Below are positions 8,644 through 14,698 of a stretch of DNA of 17,010 nucleotides, one piece after another. The notes beneath the pieces were generated by a model. It saw only the letters and a list, made by a program, of their open reading frames with translations, was not told where the DNA came from and did no database searches. Source of the DNA: Deinococcaceae bacterium (GTDB taxonomy: Bacteria; Deinococcota; Deinococci; Deinococcales; Trueperaceae). The stretch covers positions 1 to 17,010 of the forward strand of contig JBDZWC010000064.1 of the NCBI GenBank assembly GCA_040256005.1. The letters run 5' to 3'. Every line of letters begins with the position of its first letter. Position 1 is the stretch's first letter. Both the position numbers and the translations under genes were made by a program.

Positions 8644-10122
8644 CTACTGGCTGAGCGTCGCCTGCCGCAGGTCGAGGTTGATCCACGAGAACCTCACGAC
8701 CTCGCCCTCGAGCCCCGGCTGCTTGGCCGAGGTCGACAGCGGGTAGTAGAGGGTCACCATGGGAACGTCGGCCAGCACCCGCTCCTGCACCGAGCGGTAG
8801 AGCTCCCGGCGCTGAGCGTCGTCTGGCGTGGCGCGGGCCCGCTCCAGGGCCGCGTCCACGTCGGGAACGCTGTAGCGCGACACGTTGTTGGCCGGTATCT
8901 CGGAGGAGTGGAAGAACGCGTACAGGGTGTAGTCGGCGTCGAGCGTCACCGTGCCCCAGGTGGTGGCGTACATCTCGACCGCGTCCTGCTGGACCGTCTC
9001 GGCGTAGGCGGCGTACTCCTGTACCCGCACCTCCAGGTTCACCCCCACGTCGGCGAGCATCGCCTGCAGCACCTGGGCCACGGCCTCGAGGTCTGGGTTC
9101 TGGAAGACGTCCAGCGTCAGCGTCAGCCCCTCGGCTCCGGCCTCCGCCAGGAGCTGCCTGGCCCGGTCCGGGTCGTACGGGTAGGGCTCTGGGAGGTCGG
9201 AGGCGGCGAACCGCACGGTGGGTGGGATGGGCGCTACACCTACCTCGGCCAGTCCGCCCAGGAACTCGTCGACGATCAGCTGCTTGTCGATAGCGTGCGC
9301 GATGGCCTGCCGGACACGGACGTCCTGCAGCTTGGGGCTCGTCACGTTGAAGCCCACGTGCACGCTGCCCCAGCCGAGGAACGAGTTCGTGACGAGGCTG
9401 TCGTCCTGCTGGAGCTGGAGGAAGTTGTCCGCCGGGATGTTGTACAGCACGTCGATACCGCCGCTGCGCAGCTCGACGATCTGGGTGCTGACCTCGGGTA
9501 TGACGCGGTAGACGACCTCGGCGATGGCGGGTGCGCCGCCCCAGTAGTCAGGGTTGGCCCGTAGCACGAGCGAGTCGCCCTGCGTCCATGACGCGAGCGT
9601 GTAAGGGCCGGAGCCCACGGGCTCGCGAGCCAGGCCGTCACCGAGGGCGGCCGGCACGATGGCCGTCACGGGGTGCGCCAAGTGAGCCAGCAAGGGCGCG
9701 AACGGTTCGCCGGTGACGATGTCTACCGTGCGGTCGTCGACGACCTCGACCGTATCGATGGCCGAGACGACGAACCTGCCGGGGGCGGCGGTCTCGGGCG
9801 CCAGCAGACGCTCCAAAGAGGCCTTGACGGCGGCCGCGTCAAGCGGCTCGCCGTTGGAGAAGGTCACGCCTTCGCGCAGCGTCACCCGCAGGCGGCTCGG
9901 CTCGACGAACTCCCAGTCCTCTGCCAGCAGGCCCACGATCTCCCCGTCGGTGGTGACGGTGAAGAGCGTCTCGTAGATGTGCGTGGTGACGGCGAACGAG
10001 AAGCCGTTGAACGTCTTCTGCGGGTCGAGGGTCGGCGGGTTCGACCCCGTCGCCGTCGTGAGGGTCTGGGCGGCGGCCAGGGGGGAGAAGAGCAGGGCGA
10101 GAAGAAGCAGGGTACGTCTCAT
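8644..10122 (-). CDS. ABC transporter substrate-binding protein, family 5 (DppA/GsiB-like)
   Basis: ATG at 10122 follows a GGAGG SD (10127-10131). SPase I signal peptide MRRTLLLLALLFSPLAAA-Q with no lipobox Cys. Family-5 motifs TLDP, IYETL, LREGVTFSNG, PVGSGPY, RVRQAIAHAID and YDPDRARQLL. Confidence 0.92.
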   Translation of the reverse strand: MRRTLLLLALLFSPLAAAQTLTTATGSNPPTLDPQKTFNGFSFAVTTHIYETLFTVTTDGEIVGLLAEDWEFVEPSRLRVTLREGVTFSNGEPLDAAAVKASLERLLAPETAAPGRFVVSAIDTVEVVDDRTVDIVTGEPFAPLLAHLAHPVTAIVPAALGDGLAREPVGSGPYTLASWTQGDSLVLRANPDYWGGAPAIAEVVYRVIPEVSTQIVELRSGGIDVLYNIPADNFLQLQQDDSLVTNSFLGWGSVHVGFNVTSPKLQDVRVRQAIAHAIDKQLIVDEFLGGLAEVGVAPIPPTVRFAASDLPEPYPYDPDRARQLLAEAGAEGLTLTLDVFQNPDLEAVAQVLQAMLADVGVNLEVRVQEYAAYAETVQQDAVEMYATTWGTVTLDADYTLYAFFHSSEIPANNVSRYSVPDVDAALERARATPDDAQRRELYRSVQERVLADVPMVTLYYPLSTSAKQPGLEGEVVRFSWINLDLRQATLSQ

Positions 10123-10162
10123 CGAACCTCCACGGGGTCGCAGGCAAGCGCCCCTTCGGCTA

Positions 10163-10195
10163 GCGACCGTCGGACCTCCGGTCCGCGTCGGTCGC
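10163..10195 (-). promoter_or_regulatory. Hairpin in the predicted 5' UTR of the ABC operon
   Basis: GCGACCG (10163-10169) pairs with CGGTCGC (10189-10195), and CGGACC (10171-10176) with GGTCCG (10180-10185). Confidence 0.5.
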
Positions 10196-10205
10196 CACAC
10201 CCGGG

Positions 10206-10234
10206 ATGCTAAGCCGCGCACTCATACCTCCCAA
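10206..10234 (-). promoter_or_regulatory. Putative sigma70-type promoter for the ABC operon
   Basis: Minus strand TTGGGA (10234-10229), 17-bp spacer, TAGCAT (10211-10206). Confidence 0.55.
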
Positions 10235-10240
10235 GTGCGC
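10216..10240. promoter_or_regulatory. Candidate operator GCGCACT-N11-AGTGCGC
   Basis: Perfect 7-bp inverted repeat with T-N11-A spacing, lying between the two divergent -10 boxes. Confidence 0.4.
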
Positions 10241-10246
10241 TAGGAT
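10241..10246 (+). promoter_or_regulatory. Putative -10 element (TAGGAT) for the leader-RIO transcript
   Basis: TANNNT box about 15 nt upstream of the purine-rich SD of the uORF. No clear -35 element. Confidence 0.5.
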
Positions 10247-10258
10247 GCCGACCGACCT

Positions 10259-10504
10259 ACGAGGAGAGGTGGTGAGCGCGTATGAACGAAGGAACCATGA
10301 ACATCTTCCCGGCGCCGCGCTGCCTCGTCAGACGTCGACACCATCCACTGGCCTGAGCCTGCTGGATCCCTGACCGAAGAACGAACCGGCGTGACGGTGA
10401 CGCTCCAGTTGAGAGCGCCACCCGACCACGTCCTCCGCGCGGCGCCGACGGGCCCAGTCGGCGATGAGCGACACGACACGCACCACACACGCGTTCGGAG
10501 GACG
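10259..10504 (+). promoter_or_regulatory. Putative translational attenuator (structured leader) of the RIO kinase gene
   Basis: Pairing 1:2 is ACGAGG 10259-64 with CCTCGT 10323-28, plus AGCGCG 10275-80 with CGCGCT 10316-21. Pairing 2:3 is CGGCGCCGCGC 10310-20 with GCGCGGCGCCG 10437-47. Pairing 3:4 is CGTCCTCCG-CGCG 10429-41 with CGCG-tt-CGGAGGACG 10490-504, which covers the RIO SD. Confidence 0.6.
10282..10356 (+). CDS. Putative leader peptide MNEGTMNIFPAPRCLVRRRHHPLA (24 aa; 19 aa from the second ATG at 10297)
   Basis: ATG preceded by SD-like GAGGAGAGGTGGTGA (10261-10275), stop TGA at 10354-10356. Too short for the supplied ORF track. It overlaps attenuator segment 2. Confidence 0.5.
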   Translation: MNEGTMNIFPAPRCLVRRRHHPLA

Positions 10505-10509
10505 GCAGC

Positions 10510-11412
10510 TTGCCAAGGTACGAAGACGACGGCGCCCCGGAAGGCGCCTTCCACAAGAACAGGGCCGCACGCAACGCAGCCAAGATCAGGCGCCGGGGGA
10601 AACGGCTCAAGAAGCGGAGCGGGGTAGCGGACCTGCTCTGGGACGAGGGCGAGTCCCCGCGCCCGACGACCGACACGCTGTTCAGCGACCCCGACCTGCA
10701 GGAGCTATACGACCGCGGCTACCTCGACGAGCTCGGCAGCCGGCTGCGCGGCGGCAAGGAGGCCACCGTGTACACGGTCAGGCGCGGCGAGCAGTGGCTG
10801 GTGGCGAAGCTCTACACGGACAGGTCGGTGCGCTCGTTCAAGGACGACGCGTCCTACTGGAGCGGGTTCTGGATAGGTGACGCGCGAACGGCGAAGGCGA
10901 TGCGCAAGGGCTCACGCGCCGGCAACGAGGCGAGACAGGCGATCTGGGTCATGCGCGAGTACACGACGCTGTGGCGCCTGTACCAGGCGGGGCTCCCGGT
11001 GCCCAAGCCCGCCGTTGGTCCGGAGGCGAGCGAGCTGAACAGGTCAGGCAGCGTCGTGCTCATGGAGCTCATCGGCGATGGCGACGAGCCTGCTCCACGC
11101 CTCTCGGACGTGCGGCTCGAGCCTGATGAGGCCTCGTCGGCGTGGGAGCAGTCGTACGGGATCATGCTGCGGCTGGCGGGGCTGGGGCTGGTGCACGGGG
11201 ACTTCTCCAACTACAACCTCCTGTGGCATCGCGGCGTGGTCTGGTTGATCGACGTGCCGCAGACGGTCGAGGCGCACGGCTCGCCTGAGGCCGTGACGTT
11301 GTTGAGGCGCGACCTCGCGTCGCTCGCGACCTCGTTCCGGCGTCTCGGCGTGGAGCCCGATCTGGCGCCGCTCGAGAGGAGGCTCGTCGCGGCCCTGCGG
11401 GAGGCTATGTGA
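10510..11412 (+). CDS. RIO1-family atypical kinase/ATPase
   Basis: P-loop GGKEATVY, VAKLY, GLPVPKP, VLMELIG, catalytic loop VHGDFSNYNLL and metal-binding IDVPQ. TTG start 8 nt after a GGAGG SD (10497-10501). Confidence 0.92.
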   Translation: MPRYEDDGAPEGAFHKNRAARNAAKIRRRGKRLKKRSGVADLLWDEGESPRPTTDTLFSDPDLQELYDRGYLDELGSRLRGGKEATVYTVRRGEQWLVAKLYTDRSVRSFKDDASYWSGFWIGDARTAKAMRKGSRAGNEARQAIWVMREYTTLWRLYQAGLPVPKPAVGPEASELNRSGSVVLMELIGDGDEPAPRLSDVRLEPDEASSAWEQSYGIMLRLAGLGLVHGDFSNYNLLWHRGVVWLIDVPQTVEAHGSPEAVTLLRRDLASLATSFRRLGVEPDLAPLERRLVAALREAM

Positions 11413-11425
11413 CAGCCGCACTCAC

Positions 11426-11455
11426 TTGTACGAACGTCGTCCCAGGCGCGACAAT
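11426..11455 (+). promoter_or_regulatory. Putative promoter giving a leaderless or very short-leader transcript of the diguanylate cyclase
   Basis: TTGTAC (11426-31), 18 bp, GACAAT (11450-55), 8 nt, ATG 11464. No strong SD. Confidence 0.45.
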
Positions 11456-11463
11456 GTGCGGAC

Positions 11464-13173
11464 ATGACCATCCCGGCCGGAGGCGGCGACCCGGTTAGCG
11501 ATCTGCGCGCCTCGCTTCAGGGCGCGAAGGCGCTCGTCGAGATGGACGACGCCCACGGCGCTCGCGCGCAGGTGATCCAGAGCCTCGATGACATAGAGGT
11601 CCTGTGCGGCCGGGACCCGCTGGACACCAGCGGCATGCGCTTGGCGGAGCGTCTCGGCGGCCTCGATCCCGCCAGCGTCCCGCCCGACGCTGGCGAGGTC
11701 ATCGCTCAGACGCTGCGACTGGGGCTCCGCAGCGCCATGCAGGCGAACGACGTGGCCACCGCGCTGCCGTTCGGGCGAGCGGCTCTACGTTTCGCGGATC
11801 ACCTGGGTCTGCCGGTGCTGGCGGCGCAGGCGCACAACGACCTGGCTACCGTCTACGGGGTCAGGGACTTCCACGAGCGTGCCATCCACCACCTCCGGGC
11901 CGGGATCGAGGAGTTGGAGAGGGCCGGGGAGCCCGTGCTGCCGGCCCTGGTGAACAACCTGGGCAACGTCTACATGGAGTCGGACCGGATCGAAGAGGCG
12001 CTGGCCTGTTTCGACCGTGCCGTGAAGGACTCGTCGGAACGCGGAGACGACTTCAGGCGGGCGATCGCCTTGGCCAACCGCGGCCGCGCCCTGGGTGCCC
12101 TCAGACGGCACGCCGAGGCCATGGAGAGCCTCGAGGGTGCTCTGAGCCTGTTCCGGAGCCTGGGGCGCAAGGCGTACGTGGCCACCACGCTGGCCAAGCT
12201 GGGCACGGCCCGTGCGGCCACCGGCGACCTGCGGGAGGCGCTGCGCCTCTACGCCGAGGCTAAGTCGCAGTCCACCGACGAGAACCTGCCGTTCCGAGGC
12301 GAGGTGGCGGAGGGCTTGGGGCGCGTCCTGCTCGAGGCGGGCCGCTACGCGCAGGCGCTGCCCGAGCTGGAGCTGGCCGCGGACCTCCACCGGCAGGGCG
12401 GCGCCGAGAGGGCGGCCGCCGACATGCTGCGCGAGCAAGCGCGCGCCCTGTCGGTCATGGGCCGGTACGAAGAGGCCTACGACAGGCTCGAGAAGCACAT
12501 AGAGGACAGCGAGGCGTTGCAGCGGCAACACGGTGAGGTCCTGGTAGGAGTGCTGCTGGTGGAGCTCGAGGCCGGCCTGGCGCAGGACAACGAGCTGCCC
12601 ATCGTCACCGGCAGGGTCCTCGCCGAGGCGAACCGGGCGCTGCGGGCGCAGGCCGAGCGGCTGGAGCGCATGAGCGCGACGGACGAGCTCACTCAGGTCC
12701 ACAACCGGCGCTTCCTGAACGGGCGCCTGGAGGACGAGGTGGCCAGGTGCAGGCAGGACAAGGCCACCGACCTCTGCCTGGTGCTCTTCGACATCGACAA
12801 CTTCAAGGCCATCAACGACCGCTACTCGCACCTGGTCGGTGATGACGTGCTGAAGGTCGCCGCCCAGGTCCTGGAGCGGACGTTCAGACGGACCGACGTC
12901 GTGGCGCGGTGGGGCGGCGAGGAGTTCGCCGTCCTGCTGGTGGGGACAGGCAAGGCCGCCGCTGGCCCGGTGACCGAGAAGGCGCGGGAGGCAATCAAGG
13001 CGGCGCCGTGGTCCGAGATCGCCGACGACCTGGAGGTGACCGTGTCGGCGGGCATAGCTGCCTTCAGCGAGCTCGAAGGTGTCCCTCAGGCCCTCGAGCT
13101 CCTCAAGCTGGCCGACCGCCGGCTCTACGAGGCCAAGCGCAGTGGCCGCGACCGGGTGTCGGCCGGCGGCTGA
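11464..13173 (+). CDS. TPR-repeat diguanylate cyclase
   Basis: Several TPR-like repeats (HNDLATVY, NNLGNVY..EEALACF, ANRGRAL, AKLGTAR, EGLGRVL), a coiled linker, then DELTQVHNRR, FDIDNFKAIND, I-site RRTD and active site GGEEF (12913-12927). Confidence 0.92.
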   Translation: MTIPAGGGDPVSDLRASLQGAKALVEMDDAHGARAQVIQSLDDIEVLCGRDPLDTSGMRLAERLGGLDPASVPPDAGEVIAQTLRLGLRSAMQANDVATALPFGRAALRFADHLGLPVLAAQAHNDLATVYGVRDFHERAIHHLRAGIEELERAGEPVLPALVNNLGNVYMESDRIEEALACFDRAVKDSSERGDDFRRAIALANRGRALGALRRHAEAMESLEGALSLFRSLGRKAYVATTLAKLGTARAATGDLREALRLYAEAKSQSTDENLPFRGEVAEGLGRVLLEAGRYAQALPELELAADLHRQGGAERAAADMLREQARALSVMGRYEEAYDRLEKHIEDSEALQRQHGEVLVGVLLVELEAGLAQDNELPIVTGRVLAEANRALRAQAERLERMSATDELTQVHNRRFLNGRLEDEVARCRQDKATDLCLVLFDIDNFKAINDRYSHLVGDDVLKVAAQVLERTFRRTDVVARWGGEEFAVLLVGTGKAAAGPVTEKAREAIKAAPWSEIADDLEVTVSAGIAAFSELEGVPQALELLKLADRRLYEAKRSGRDRVSAGG

Positions 13174-13207
13174 TCACCGAGGGTCGCGCAGGGCCTGGTC
13201 CCGGCGT

Positions 13208-13213
13208 TAGGAT
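13208..13213 (+). promoter_or_regulatory. Putative -10 element (TAGGAT) for the amidohydrolase gene
   Basis: TANNNT box about 76 nt upstream of ATG 13290. Same hexamer as at 10241. Confidence 0.35.
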
Positions 13214-13289
13214 CGCGTCACCGACGATCCAGCGGGCCGTGGGGCCAACGCGAGGGGTGATGGCGCCGCGTCCCTGGGAAGGGGCCAGC

Positions 13290-14534
13290 ATGTCTCCTCT
13301 CGACCCGAAACGCACGGTCCTAGAGCTGAAGGACCTCCGCTCCCGCACCGGCGACGAGAACGGCGCCTGGCGAGTGGCCTGGACCGACACCTGGCTGGAG
13401 GCGAGGGCCTGGCTGCGCGAGAAGCTCGACGCCCTCGGCCTCGAGACCACGACCGATGCGGCCGGCAACGTCTGGTCCACGCTGCGCGGCGAGTCCGACA
13501 CCGAGCTGCTGATCGGCGGGCACATGGACTCGGTGCCCGGCGGGGGGTGGCTGGACGGGTGTCTCAACGTGCTGGCCGGACTCGAGGTCGTCAGGCGCAT
13601 CAAGGAGGAGTACGGCGACAAGCCACCTGTCACCGTCCGGCTGGTGGACTGGGCTGACGAGGAAGGGGCGCGGTTCGGGCGCAGCCTCCTGGGTTCGAGC
13701 GCCGCCGGCGGCACGCTCGTGCCCGATGAAGAACGCGAGCGGCGCGACGCCGACGGCGTTCGCCTCGTCGATGCACTGAAGCGCTGTGGTGTGGACCTCG
13801 ACCGGATGAACGAGGCCAACGCCGAGCTGGCCAACGCCGGCGCCTACCTGGAGCTGCACATCGAACAGGGTCCGGTCCTCCTCGACCTAGACCTACCCCT
13901 GGGTGTCGTGTTGGGAACCTTCGGGGTGGAACGACACGCGATCCACTTCCGCGGCCAGGCGGCGCACTCCGGCTCGACGCCGATGAACAGGAGGCGCGAC
14001 GCCTTCCTGGCCGCGGCGAAGATGAGCCCGGAGATCTACAGGATTACGGACAGGCGCGGCGGGGTGTGCACGATCGGGTCGTGTCAGACCCGGCCTGGGA
14101 TCGTCACGTCGGTGGTGGCGGAGTGCGACATCACCCTCGACCAGCGGCACCTCGATGGGGACCAGCTGGCGGGCATGCTGGCCGACGCCAAGGAGGCCAG
14201 CGAGCGCTTCGCGCGGGAGGGCGAAGTGGAGGTGTCCTGGAGCCATCTGTGGAGCATCGACCCTATTCCGTTCCACCCGGAACTGGTCGAGCTCGCCGAC
14301 GAGGCCGTGAAGGCCGCGGCGGGGACCTCACATCGCTTGCCAAGCGGTCCGTTGCACGACGCCGCCGAGGTCGCGCGTGCCGGCGTGCCCACCGTGATGC
14401 TCTTCGTACAGAGCCTGCACGGCATCTCCCACAACAAGATCGAGGACACGAAGGAGGAGCACATCGAGATGTCCGTCGTCGCGCTCGACCGCCTGGCCGA
14501 GAAGACGATGGGCTGGCTGCGCACGCGTGCGTGA
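13290..14534 (+). CDS. M20-family Zn amidohydrolase (N-carbamoyl-L-amino acid / allantoate amidohydrolase / beta-ureidopropionase group)
   Basis: GGHMDSVPGGGWLDG, DEEGARFG, YLELHIEQGP, AHSGSTPM, PSGPLHDA and GISHN. Start moved to ATG 13290 (GAAGGGG upstream); the ORF-track start at 12909 overlaps the cyclase gene. Confidence 0.9.
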   Translation: MSPLDPKRTVLELKDLRSRTGDENGAWRVAWTDTWLEARAWLREKLDALGLETTTDAAGNVWSTLRGESDTELLIGGHMDSVPGGGWLDGCLNVLAGLEVVRRIKEEYGDKPPVTVRLVDWADEEGARFGRSLLGSSAAGGTLVPDEERERRDADGVRLVDALKRCGVDLDRMNEANAELANAGAYLELHIEQGPVLLDLDLPLGVVLGTFGVERHAIHFRGQAAHSGSTPMNRRRDAFLAAAKMSPEIYRITDRRGGVCTIGSCQTRPGIVTSVVAECDITLDQRHLDGDQLAGMLADAKEASERFAREGEVEVSWSHLWSIDPIPFHPELVELADEAVKAAAGTSHRLPSGPLHDAAEVARAGVPTVMLFVQSLHGISHNKIEDTKEEHIEMSVVALDRLAEKTMGWLRTRA

Positions 14535-14565
14535 CACGTCTTACGGATGGACCTGCCGTCTGCTC

Positions 14566-14574
14566 TGCTAGATT
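14566..14574 (+). promoter_or_regulatory. Putative extended -10 promoter (TGcTAGATT) for the HD-GYP gene
   Basis: TGn-TANNNT in the 164-bp intergenic gap, flanked by the inverted repeat CCTGCC (14552-57) / GGCAGG (14575-80). Confidence 0.4.
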
Positions 14575-14698
14575 GGCAGGGGGGAGATGGGATAGTTGCG
14601 GGGGATGCCGCCAGGGCCATTCACAGCGCTCGCGCGCCGCCGCCATTCACGGTGACGGGTTCTGATCGAGAGCGCTGACGAAATCAGGTCGATCGCCC

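Noticed and set aside
10123..10221. 33-aa N-terminal extension of the binding protein in the ORF track
   Set aside because: ATG 10122 has a GGAGG SD and begins a clean signal peptide; the extension runs through the predicted promoter.
10240..10880. ORFs 10240-10554 -, 10257-10676 -, 10328-10570 -, 10391-10627 + and 10464-10880 +
   Set aside because: No recognisable motifs, and all overlap the RIO gene. The region is better explained as a leader.
12909..13289. 127-aa N-terminal extension of the amidohydrolase, suggesting a fusion
   Set aside because: It overlaps the cyclase gene in another frame and is low-complexity; family similarity begins at ATG 13290.
13214..13289. Possible riboswitch in the amidohydrolase leader
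   Set aside because: Only 4-5-bp stems (ACGCG/CGCGT, CCCT/AGGG), expected at this GC content, and no aptamer consensus recognised.
14661..14690. CTGACGA/GAAA resembling a hammerhead ribozyme core; also checked for a c-di-GMP riboswitch
   Set aside because: The CUGANGA and GAAA elements overlap with no stem II between them, and no c-di-GMP-I or -II consensus is visible.
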